A DNA stretch of 27,030 bases, taken from NCBI GenBank assembly GCA_002269645.1, contig NIVC01005072.1:1-27030 (forward strand), given 5' to 3'. A model generated the notes under the pieces. The model saw nothing but the letters and a program-made list of their open reading frames with translations, made no database searches and was not told the DNA's origin. The DNA comes from Macrostomum lignano. Its lineage: Eukaryota. The position numbers and the translations under genes are program-made. Shown piece by piece: positions 1-11,495 of the stretch (within the stretch, counting starts at the first letter, position 1; each line of letters opens with the position of its first letter).

Positions 1-1054
<1,054 letters not shown>

Positions 1055-1742
1055 GCATGCATGGGCTGCATGGGTCGGGGGAAGACGGGAGCCACTGCAG
1101 TCCGCTGGCCGAAGGGTGGATATCAGTCAACGTCTGCTTTCTGGATGGCAGCTGGTTCTTTTGTCGGCTTGCCTGGATAGAAAAGAAAGAGACAGCAGAC
1201 AGGGCTGGCTTGCGGACTACCTGCCTCTCGCAGTCCCCGCTTGTCCACGGAGTTCTAGAACTAAGAACCTGGAGTGAAGATCAGAGAGTCAGCTGCATTT
1301 CACCATAGCCTGCCGAACTCGTGCGAACAGCAGAGCTGCATTCGATTGTAAAACTGGGGTTTGGGGTGGGTGCAGTTGGTTTCCACTCCGAATCGGTAAC
1401 TCTAGAGCTCCATGGCCTGTCTGGGTAGCGCGGAGTCATGGCGAGACCATTTGAACAGTCAATGACTGTCGCCAGTCTGAGAGGCAAACAATGGTGCGGT
1501 TTGTCGGAGAGCCAGAAGCTCAAAGCCGGACTAGGGCTCTCTTCAAGGCAGCAATAATATGTCAGCTGACCTACTTTTGTTACACTTACGAGCTTGAACA
1601 CTCTTCTGTTGCTCTGTAGGCAGCACTCTTCATACTACTGAAGCTAGTGATGCATTGAAAATCTGCTTATATGAAATTTACGAATGAGGAATGACTCGTA
1701 CTTTCATAAAGTTAAACATAGACCATAAAAATTGCTCATTTA

Positions 1743-2353
1743 GGCAATGCTGGATGTTGTGTCATTTGGACAATGCTGGATGTTGTGTCATTTGGACAAT
1801 GCTGGAAGTTGTGTCATTTGGACAATGCTGGATGTTGTGTCATTTGGACAATGCTGGATGTTGTTTCAGTTGGACAATGCTGGATGTTGTGTCATTTGGA
1901 CAATGCTGGATGTTGTGTCAGTTGGGCAATGCTGGATTTTGTCTCAGTTGGGCAATGCTGGATGTTGTGTCAGTTGGACAATGCTGGATGTTGTGTCATT
2001 TGGACAATGCTGGATGTTGTGTCATTTGGACAATGCTGGATGTTGTGTCAGTTGGGCAATGCTGGATTTTGTCTCAGTTGGGCAATGCTGGATGTTGTGT
2101 CATTTGGAAAATGCTGGATGTTGTGTCAGTTGGACAATGCTGGATGTTGTGTCATTTGGAAAATGCTGGATGTTGTGTCATTTGGACAATGCTGGATTTT
2201 GTGTCAGTTGGACAATGCTGGATGTTGAGTCATTTGGACAATGCTGGATGTTGTGTCAGTTGGACAATGCTGGATGTTGAGTCATTTGGGCAATGCTGGA
2301 AGTTGTGTCATTTGGACAATTCTGAATGTTGTGTCATTTGGGCAATGCTGGAT
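1743..2353 (+). repeat. 26-bp minisatellite, about 23 copies
   Basis: Unit caatgctggatgttgtgtcatttgga. The 26-aa periodicity (3 units) in all three + frames shows the overlapping ORFs are repeat artefacts. Confidence 0.97.
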
Positions 2354-3734
2354 CAAGGACTACTAGCAGTATAGAAGTCCTTATGCTGGATGTTTTATCA
2401 TGTTGACGCTTTTTAAATACTTTCTGCTGGCTGACGCCGGCGCCCCAGATTCGGTCGACCTCTAAGTTCGCAATCAAGCCCTGAAGCGCGCCCTGTGACA
2501 CTGTTCACAAGACCAACTCACTTTGAATAGCAACATTCTATATCTAAACGGTCGCTACTGTGTTTTTCATAGGAAATATTTATTCGCCTTCGACCCTCTA
2601 GCATATATTTTCCCTCAAGGCTTCAACTCTACTTAACGTTTTACACATCGTTTATCTGGCTTCTACGAACGTTTTTATTTCCTTCTTTAGCGACTGGGCC
2701 TAATACTAATTTAAATATTATTGTAAAATCACACAAATCCTACAGGCTTCATGAAGAAATGTGCGATGGGAGTTGTTCAAACCATCCACGTCAATGATTT
2801 TCTAATCCGCGATACGCGATTGGCTGCGGATGGGGCAGCATCCCTCCCTACCCCACATTAGAATTTCCTATGTATACAAGCAACTGGAATAAATGCTGGA
2901 TATTTTTCACGCGCTAATCATCATTCAGGTCAAGTCCGAGGTTCTACATAACATTTACGCTGGTAAGTTGCCTATGGTTTTCCTTTAAGCTATTTTTACT
3001 GATGCATGAAGTCAAGCGTGCTTCTTCTTGTCTGTTTGAGTTGGAAACTATTCTGTTAGAGCAGCTAGTCATTTACCTAATTTGTCAAGTCAGCCTGCTC
3101 ATTCAACCATGTAGTTGTTTCGTCTCCCTGCTTTGTACTTGTGATGCTGGCTGATTCTTGGCGGAGAGGCTTGGGTCTTAGCTACTACGGTCAAAGTGTT
3201 GAGTGTTTTTTCAAAGGTACAACCCTACATGTATCTCAGACACAAAATGTAATTCAGATTCAAGTTCTTTCAAGAAACATTGATTAGACTACGAAAGCCG
3301 TGAGAACTGTCGCATGGGAAGTGTTCCATCGAGCTGGGGAGATGATGCATTATCGATTGCTTGAGATTGGTTTGAGACCCAGTCTCATTCTAGAATATCA
3401 AATCGGCATTTTAAGTCCAAGCTTATTTTAAAATCCCTAAAGAATCACGAGATCAACTGGTTGTTTCGATTACAGATCCCCAAGCTTACCCAGTCGCTTG
3501 CTTGTCTGTCATCATGCATATCGCTGATCGATATCTCCAGAACAGGCCTCCATTTTCTGAGCTGCGTTGATTCCGTCGTGTTTCCGATTTCTTGTCACAT
3601 TCAATTTCGAGCACAGTGCGAGAAGACCAATCGTCTCTATACAGAAGCTATTCGTATTCCATCTGTTTTGAACAAAATTTCAGCTACTTCGGTCAGAAGA
3701 ACAACAAAACCGCAAAGTGAGCTTAAGAGTAGCA

Positions 3735-3926
3735 ATGGACGCTACGGACACGCCAGAGTGCGAGCAGCTCGCCTCCGAGTTCGTCAATTCTTCAACACCC
3801 GTGGTTGGAGTTCGGGCCAGCTTCGATTCGTCAAACGCCCTACTGATCATGTTCATCATCGGCTGCGTATCCGTGATGGTGGCCAAGCTGTTCCAGCTTC
3901 TCACGAGTCAAGTCTATCAGCAGATG
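3735..3926 (+). CDS. DUR3: DUR3-like exon 1 (N-terminus and first hydrophobic segment)
   Basis: ATG at 3735, MDATDTPECEQ...LLIMFIIGCVSVMVAKLF...QQM, donor ATG|GTGAGT at 3927, phase 0. Confidence 0.75.
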
Positions 3927-6900
3927 GTGAGTCGTGTACGCAGATTCAAGTGCTTCAAAAAATGAGGCTACAGTTAATTGTTATTCCGTAAGTATGGTAG
4001 CAATTCGTTCATCCTATAAAGATAGTGCTTAGCTCATTAAGTTCGTTAAAAACATTCTTAAGTTATCCCAGTGTTTGACGTACATGTAACTTTAGACTTA
4101 GCTGAGATGTGAACTCTAATCAGCCATTCGTCAATGAAGTTTGCTGGTGCTGCTTACAATCCGCGGAGGCGAGCATCCTGGAGCACTAACATTCGCTCGT
4201 AGGCACAAGCCAAGCGCCAAAGTCAGCAAGAAGACCAAATCACATCCCAGATATATGTAACCACGCAGGACACGGGCGACAACTCCTTCGACGCTGGTGG
4301 CAACGTGAGCGTCGGCCTCACGGCTGCAACGCTGGTGTCGCAGTGGACCTGGGCAGCCACTTTGCTCCAGTCCTCTTCGGTGGCCAGCAAGTACGGCATC
4401 TCCGGACCGTTCTGGTACGCGTCTGGCGCCACGATCCAGCTGCTGTTGTTTGCTATGATCTCCGTACAGTTGAAGATTCGAGCACCCGGTGCTAAGACCT
4501 TCCTGCAGGTGATCTGGGCCAGGTTCGACAAGAAGACCCACGTCACATTCTGCGTTTTCGCTTTGGCTACTAATATCATTGTCACGTCAATGTTGATGCT
4601 GGGTGAGGCAACGGCAGTATTAACCAATTAGTTGTCAGTTATTCGCACTGTGTCCAATTATCTTCGATTGTCAGTGAATTAAGCTGAAAATTGTCAACCA
4701 ATCAAAGTACAAGACACAAAGATTGCAATCAAGACTCGAGGAAAATATTATCTTTTTGTTTAGAGTTCCCCAAAAACTGGATAAACTGAATATACGAGAT
4801 CCCTTTTTCGTAGATAGAAGATTAACTGAGACAAATAATAATTGATAAAATTGTGCATTAAAATGCAGTAAAAAACGTTCCGACAGTCTCCGAAATCCAT
4901 GTGACGACAGATATGGACTTGACCTTGGCCCTAAAACTCCAAAAGAGATGACCAGAGTAGAGCATACCCCCAAGTGTATCTAGAAGCAGAGAGTAAAGCT
5001 CTTTCTTTTTAAAAATAAAAATAGAAAGCAAGAAGAGCATCATTAAAAGTCTGACTTGAATGCTTCAAGAAAGTTTAAAAAATGGTAGCTAGTAATTGAC
5101 TAATAGATTCTACAACGTTTTATAAGCTTGTTCTTCAAATCATTCAAATGACTTGCCATCATTATTCCACTCCCTCACCTTAATGAAGGCGGAACAGCCG
5201 TGCTTACAAACCTAATTAAAGACTTCTCAGTTGAGTACGCCACCTGCCTGGTGTGCGCTGTGATCGGCTCCTATACCTTCATCGGAGGGCTTGGCGCCAC
5301 CTTCTACATGAGCTACTGTGCTACGGCCATCATGTTTGTCATTCTGCTGATCTGCATCATGCAGGTGTACCACGTTGAGACGCCGGGCAACCCGTTAGGT
5401 ACGTAAACTGTTTTCCAGTGAGCTCATGAAATGATTTGTTAATTAACCGGTAGAAACTGCCCATGCAACCCGTTTGGTCAGGCTCCGTGGCCAAGGTCTA
5501 CCAATACGTGGACTGCCTGACGGGCCCGGTCGGAAACGAGGGTCGCAGCTACTTGACTCTTATTAGCATCGACGGTCTTATGTTTGGCATAATTAATATT
5601 ATCGGTAAGAACTTTAAGTACGAGGTAGCTGCACTACAAAAAGGCACCAGGAATATTTGATTGAAATACCTCCGAATGAAAAAGCAATTTTTTCTTAAAG
5701 AAAGAACAACGCATCCTTGTCTGGAGAAAGCGCAGTGATTTCAACAAATTTTGGTTCTGGCAATAAGCTTTTTAAAAAAAGCATTAAAATCATTCTGATA
5801 TCATCTGATCATGTATGGGGATATTGACGTTTAAACGCGTGGACTGTACACCTATCAGTCAAGTTCGTGCGTTAGCTGGTCAATCCAGCTTCGTATGCAA
5901 TGTACAGTATAATTTGCAGCCAAGTCGTCGTATAGACAAAGCGCTCGTCCCTTCTTGGCGAGATCTGGGCTGTCCTATCTATGGACTGAACTACCAAAGA
6001 GAGTAATATTTAATCGAATCATTAATAACCTCATTGACAGGCAACTTCGGCACCGTATTCGTCGACCAGTCCTTCTGGCAGTCTAGCGTAGCCGCCAAAC
6101 CGAAGACCGGCGCCCTTGGATTCTTGTCTGGCGGCGTGGTCTGGTTCGCCATACCGTTCTGCTTTGCCACAGCGATGGGATTGGGCTACATCAGTTTGAG
6201 CTTCATGCAGGGCCAGCCTATTCTATCCGATGCTGACATTGACAAGGGTGGGCACGGTTGAGAAAACTACGTTGGCTATTGGTTTCTTGGATTAAATTTT
6301 CATTTTGGTGAACTAACCTGACGTGCATTTCAATTTCGAATCTTGCACTTCTAGGACTCGTTCCGCCAGCAGTGGCTCAGAGACTACTTGGCCTGCCGGG
6401 CGAACTAATGATCGTGGTCATGCTGATCATGGCGGTCATATCGACTGGCTCTTCTGAGATCATCGCCGTGGTTTCCATCCTTATCTACGATGTGTACGCT
6501 GTCCATCTGAAGGTCCGTGTTAGCCTTTAATTACACATTTCTGTTGTAATCCTACCAATCAATCGTCATAGCTAGTATTGCTTTTGTCAGCCTAACTGAG
6601 AATAAAGCCATCCAAAGTGAGAATCCTGCCTACGCTGACTGCGAAGGGCCTGGCTGCGTGCAGCCTTAGTCTATGGGCCATAGACTATAAAGGATAAGCA
6701 AAGTGATAAAAAGCCATCCAATGTGAGAATCGATTGGTCTATGCGTCGTATTCTTTTATTTTTATACCTTCTGAGCCATATGACTAGCCAATAGCCAATA
6801 GCTTGAACGGAATAACGGAAACAGGAACACACTGGATGATGTCTTTTTAAAACTTTGCTTGTCCTTTATAGTCTATGGCTCATAGACTAGGCTGGACGCA

Positions 6901-9900
6901 GCTAGGCCCTTCGTATTCAGCGTAGGCAGGATTCTCACTTTGGATGGCTTTATTCTCAGTTAGGCTGACAAAACCTATACTCGTAAATGTTGAATTACTC
7001 TTGCAAAATAGCCGACCGACAAATCCGGAAAATTCAATTGCCATTCCCGCAGCCATACAGAGCGGCCCTGGACTCGAACTCCTGCATTCTGTGCGGCAAA
7101 GCCAAGGGTCGGATGGCGAATCCTAGGGACAAGTGCTCCTGCGAGAGCATGACGTTCTGCCTGGAGTGCAAGCAGGACAATGAGTGAGCAACTAAGACGA
7201 AATCAACTCTACTTTGAAACTTATTGTAGATTGTTTATACGAAGGAGAAAAAACTCGACCTTTTTGAGTGCTTTCAGCCTTTCGGTGTCAAAGATAAGCC
7301 ATTGACAATAACAGAAATAACTGTTTCACATCAGTGAACAAGATAAAAAAACCTGTTTCTAAGCAAAAAATAATGTTCCTCTGTAATGCTTTTTCTGATA
7401 AATGCGAGTCTTAAGAAAATGGTCTTTGCTTAGGGTTGGATTCAAGGACTACACAAGTCGAAGGACAGGAAACAACGTTTCTTGGAAAATTTAGGAGGCA
7501 GGATTTACTTACCGACAAAATACGTTATTCAGATAAGCAGGTTTTCATTTTTCAGCACAAAAATTGACATTGCTTTTGATAGAAGGGAGACCCAATGCTC
7601 CTCTTTTGACATCTCTTGCCTTTCTCATAGCTCTATTGATATTCATAAAGCTTTTAGTTTAGAAAAAAGGATTCTGCAAATTTTAAATCCTACGTACAAT
7701 CGTGCAAGTACTGTGCCTAAAAATCAAATGCATGGCAAAGCTCGACTCATTGGCTTTATGAATCCATTTTATCATCCTTAGCTTAATGACTGAGTAACAA
7801 AATGTGTTACAGATAGATTTCTAAATCCAATCAGATTTTTAGGATTCTTAGGGAAAGTCGCTTATAGATGGAAAGGCTTGTAGGGAATTGCTGAGATGTC
7901 AAGGCAAATAGGTTTCGCTTCGAAGGAGGACAAGATTGCTAGTAGAATCATTTTTTCTGAACGAAAAGCTTTATTATGAATATCAATAGAGCTATGAGAA
8001 AGGCATATCAAAAGATGAGCTCTGGGTCTGCCTCCTATCAAAAGCGATAGCAATTTCTGTGCTGAAATATGAAAACCTCCTATCTCTCCGTGATGTATTT
8101 TGTCGGTAGAACCTTCCTCGTAAAATTTTCCAAGAAATGTACTTTCCCTTCCTTCTACTTGAGCAGTCTTTGGTTGGAAGGAGATCATGATCCACCGGAA
8201 CTATTCTACGAGTGAGCAGTGATTATCCTGTAGTAGCCATGGCACGAAGGCTTAAGCAAATGTTCGGAAAGCATAGTGATTGATACATTGGGAAAATCCA
8301 CTGAATTCGTAGATAGTCGTTTTACATCATAATTTTTACTTTGTTATATTGATCTTAATTAACACTTAAACCTTCACCCAAACTGCAGAGCCATCGCCAA
8401 CAATAAGCGAGCCTTGAAGCCGGCCTACAAGTGCAAAACTCACGGCGCCTATCGAAGCTACAAAGACTACCTGAGCGCCATGAAGGACTGGTGCATTGTG
8501 TGGACCACGCTGGCCATCATACCCATGACTTTCGTTCTGAACTTCATGCAGATCTCGCTAGGCTGGCTGTACCTGTTCATGGGCGTGCTAATTGGCTCGG
8601 CCGTGGCGCCGATCTGCCTGAGCATGTGCTGGGCCAGGCTGACTGGCAAAGCCATGGTCGCTGGCTCGGTGTCGGGCACGGTGCTGGGCCTCGTCGCCTG
8701 GCTCACCACGGCTGCGTTCATGGAGGGCGGCCTGGGGCAGTTCATGAAGAGCACGGGCTCGAACGAGGCCATGCTAGCTGGCAATCTCGTGTCTATGGGA
8801 CTCGGCCTCATAGTCACAGTGGTTGTTACCATGGTAACTAATCGGGATTTTCAACCGGAGAAAGCGGCCGAAGTCTGGGAGACAACTCGAGACATTGACA
8901 ATCCGCTGCACCCGTGGTCCGAGCTGTACGCCAAGTGAGTTCCAGCTGTAAATGCATGCAATGGCCACTGCAACTAATGCCGTAGACAGCTTTGGCTTTC
9001 AATACAAGCTCAGACTTCGCATCGTTGAATGGGCAAAATCATTTGCAACAATGACTGACTGTATAGGCCAGAGGCGGGAGAAAGGAGGTGAGGGAACAAA
9101 GGAGAAGAAAGAAGACGAGAGGAGGGATAAAATTGAAGAGGGGAGAGGAGAAGGGAGAGGAGAGGAGATTAGAGAGAAGGTAGCTGAGAAGAGACACAAA
9201 CTTTGAGCCCGAAGGCCGGATAGAGAGGCTTCGCACGGGCCAATCTCTGATTTACAAGCTCGAAAGTTGGTGCCAACGTTAGTCCGATAGTGGAAGCGGA
9301 ATGGAGCGTTAGTCCCTTGTGTGTCGCTAGTGAAAGTCAATGATATCCTGTTCAACAGTCAACGATGTGACCTTTCCAACGATAGAAGAAGCGACAATTT
9401 ACAAAGAAAAATTCGTTAGTATTTGAATTTTTTATCAAAGGAGATCCGTCTCTGGGATCACCTGTGGGCGCCTATCAATCATTTCATGATTAACAGTGGA
9501 GTAACTTTTTCCAGACGAATATAATGTCTCCCTTCGAATCATTCGTGGTATTTCAAGGCCAGATTAACCTGACGTCAAAGCTCAAAGCTGTAGCCATGTG
9601 AAAAGCCAGCTCAAGTATCATGTATTTCGGTCCACACGGATGTTTCAAAAGTCATGCTAGCCGCATTGGCACCAAAGAACGGAACATTCTAGTTACTAAG
9701 GATGTAGCGACTTTTTGCATCTTGGCGGGTTTCATTTTGCGGCTTCAATGTCATTTTAGTATAGCTGGGCTATTTCGGTCGAGCCATTCATCTAGTTAGT
9801 CTCTATGAAGGTTAATTGCGCGCTAGTAGAGGAGGAGTTTGTCAAGAAAAATCAAACTGATACACCGATGATGAATGCCATCGGGCATGGGTGAGCAGTT

Positions 9901-11495
9901 GAAATTCGATGCTTGCATACAGTTTCTGTCCGAAGCTGCAGCTCTATAGCAAACGGCTACATTTATAGTTAATGAGATAACGGTCTAATTAGACTCGTGA
10001 GGAAACCACCCAAGCATTGGTTTGTAATCCTTTCTATAGTCATAGTTGCAAATAAAGTTTTACAAATTTACCTAAGAAAGTAAACAATTAACCAATTATT
10101 TAAAAAAATTATTAGCATTTAAGAGTCGCAAGAAATATTTATAGTTTGCGATATTGTAAGACTGGATGTAATGAAATTAATGCGTGTAGATAGATTGAAA
10201 TCGCAGGATTCAATTTCAGCTCGCATATTCAAAGTTCTACGAGAGTTATTTTTATTTAAAAGCATCTGTTGTGTTTCCCACGAAGATTGATTGAGCGGGT
10301 TCGTCTGCTATTGTGTGCGTTAAACCGTTCCCATCCTTTAAGATGCATGGCATTGGGCAGTTACAGTTCAAGTTCAAACTGAAGCTGCAGTATGGCAGGC
10401 TCCCTACTACTTTCAAATTGACTGGCGTCATTGAGTAAATAAAAATTCAACACGACCAACTTCCCTTTCGAGTTCAGCTGTTGCGCGACCTGCCTGAATC
10501 AAAAGTAGCATTGAAACTTTAATATATTTTAGGCATACGTGCATTTATAGTAAGGCTAAATTTAGCATTTTATCTGGACACACGGCCGATTTAGTGGTCG
10601 GACTAGCTGTCTTTCGCCTGATGCTCAGCAAATTAAAGTCTACCTGGGAATTCTTGCATAACGTTCGCTTGCGAAGTTAAGTTACTTAAAAAATTGCCTG
10701 TATTGACGATCTTTATATTTTAAACTTGACTCGGAAGACATAAATTTACTTTGAGCAATAAAAGTATAAGGAACGTGTGGCAGCAGCAAGCTTTCTACGA
10801 TCGCGTCCTTCTACTTTAGTTAGCTAGTCCATGGATCGTGCTATAGCGCACGACTTCAAGGTCGGAGGTTCGATTCCCTATCCCACTCGGAACAATTTGT
10901 GTCCTTGAGCAGGACACTTAACTCTGCATTGCTTCAGTTCACCCAGCTGTAAAATGGGTGCCAGCATTAGCTGGGGTAATTGAGGCTGTGTGTGGCGACC
11001 CCCCAGTCCTTGGACTGAACAGCCGTACGCAGCCTTCAAATGCGCCGCGCAATAGCTGCGGCTGAGCTGTCGGTTGCACATCTGCACATTTATAGGGCAA
11101 GTGTAATCAATTATTTATTATTATTATTATCTGTTGCAAATAAGCATCAACAAGCTCAACCCCCAAACAACAATCAAAGGGAGATGAACCTCAGCGGAGC
11201 GCACTGCTTGGACAATCGGCCCAGCCTGGAAGCCACCGAGAAAGCCTTTCGCTGGGCCAAATACATAGCTAATTTTGGAGCGGTCAGCCTCACCGTCATC
11301 CTCATCCTGGTCTGGCCCCTGGGCATGCTGGCCGTTCCCAAGCTGAACTTGACCGGCTTCGCCAGCTGGATCACCCTGGTGGACGTCTGGGCCTTCGCCG
11401 GCGCGATTTTCATCATAGCGATGCCAATATTCAACGAGATTATGGCCATCCGGGATGCGCTGCGACAGAAGAAACAGGTTGGGGCCAGCGGGTGA
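3735..11495 (+). CDS. DUR3: DUR3-like urea active transporter (sodium:solute symporter family); join(3735-3926,4203-4602,5189-5398,5482-5604,6041-6247,6355-6512,7053-7183,8389-8934,11180-11495), about 760 aa
   Basis: DUR3 motifs SQWTWAATLLQSS, YGISGPFWYASGATIQ, GGLGATF, GNFGTVFVDQSFWQS, STGSSEIIAV, IGSAVAP and AGNL. All eight introns are GT-AG with compatible phases; exons sum to 2283 nt (760 aa + stop). Confidence 0.93.
4203..4602 (+). CDS. DUR3: DUR3-like exon 2
   Basis: Branch-like CACTAAC then TCGTAG| acceptor at 4202; encodes ...DNSFDAGGNVSVGLTAATLVSQWTWAATLLQSS...TSMLML; donor G|GTGAGG, phase 1. In-phase alternative acceptors exist at 4250 and 4268. Confidence 0.9.
5189..5398 (+). CDS. 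DUR3: DUR3-like exon 3
   Basis: AAG| acceptor; GGTAVLTNLIKD...SYTFIGGLGATFYMSY...GNPL; donor G|GTACGT, phase 1. Confidence 0.92.
5482..5604 (+). CDS. DUR3: DUR3-like exon 4
   Basis: TCAG| acceptor after an 83-bp intron; GSVAKVYQY...GNEGRSYLTLISIDGLMFGIINII; donor G|GTAAGA. Confidence 0.92.
6041..6247 (+). CDS. DUR3: DUR3-like exon 5
   Basis: ACAG| acceptor; GNFGTVFVDQSFWQSSVAAKP...WFAIPFCFATAMGL...DIDK; donor G|GTGGGC. Confidence 0.93.
6355..6512 (+). CDS. DUR3: DUR3-like exon 6 (absent from the ORF track)
   Basis: CTTCTAG| acceptor; GLVPPAVAQRLLGLPGELMIVVMLIMAVISTGSSEIIAVVSILIYDVYAVHLK; donor AAG|GTCCGT, phase 0. Confidence 0.92.
6586..6969. mobile_element. Foldback / MITE-like element with long terminal inverted repeats in DUR3 intron 6
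   Basis: About 125-bp arms (6586-6713 versus the reverse complement of 6843-6969), roughly 90% identical, starting GTCAGCCTAACTGAGAATAAAGCCATCC. No coding capacity and no clear direct TSD. Confidence 0.8.
7053..7183 (+). CDS. DUR3: DUR3-like exon 7 (Cys-rich loop)
   Basis: CCGCAG| acceptor; PYRAALDSNSCILCGKAKGRMANPRDKCSCESMTFCLECKQDN; donor GA|GTGAGC, phase 2, matching exon 8. Confidence 0.88.
7445..8172. mobile_element. Diverged long inverted repeat (old foldback element) in DUR3 intron 7
   Basis: 7445-7675 aligns to the reverse complement of about 7950-8172 (shared tttcttggaaaattt, ttgcttttgatag, ctttctcatagctctattgatattcata); about 75-80% identity by eye. Confidence 0.7.
8389..8934 (+). 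CDS. DUR3: DUR3-like exon 8
   Basis: CTGCAG| acceptor; EAIANNKRALKPAYKCKTHG...LGWLYLFMGVLIGSAVAPICL...AGNLVSMG...DIDNPLHPWSELYA; donor AA|GTGAGT, phase 2. Confidence 0.93.
10816..11130 (+). mobile_element. tRNA-derived CORE-SINE copy 1 (DUR3 intron 8)
   Basis: B-box GGTTCGATTCC at 10867; CORE-like TGTGTCCTTGAGCAGGACACTTAAC...CTTCAGTTCACCCAGCTGTAAAATGGG; body nearly identical to the copy at 12572; followed by a (TTA)n-like tail at about 11110-11130. Confidence 0.85.
11180..11495 (+). CDS. DUR3: DUR3-like exon 9 (terminal, last two hydrophobic segments)
   Basis: AAAG|G acceptor (weak pyrimidine tract) gives ELYAK-EMNLSGAHCLDNRPSLE...ILILVWPLGML...WAFAGAIFIIAMPIFNE; TGA at 11493-11495. Confidence 0.85.

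Noticed and set aside
1055-1620. Unique GC-moderate island with ORFs 1053-1277, 1057-1308 and 1281-1601
   Set aside because: No recognisable motif, no consistent exon partners and no clear compositional signal in any frame; it may be a fragment but cannot be supported.
1691-2374. Cys/Trp-rich ORFs of 151-227 aa
   Set aside because: All three frames give rotations of the same 26-aa period, from a stop-free 26-bp tandem unit.
3461-3991. 176-aa + strand ORF overlapping DUR3 exon 1, and antisense ORFs over DUR3 exons (4131-4627, 8467-8968, 11127-11654)
   Set aside because: Alternative-frame or antisense shadows of GC-rich exons; no independent homology or splice logic.
8952-9355. Charged and hydrophobic ORFs in intron 8
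   Set aside because: Produced by the purine-rich low-complexity tract and its complement.
11040-11179. N-terminal part of the 151-aa ORF as coding sequence
   Set aside because: It is the SINE 3' end plus a (TTA)n tail; DUR3-like sequence begins only at EMNLSG after the 11179 acceptor.
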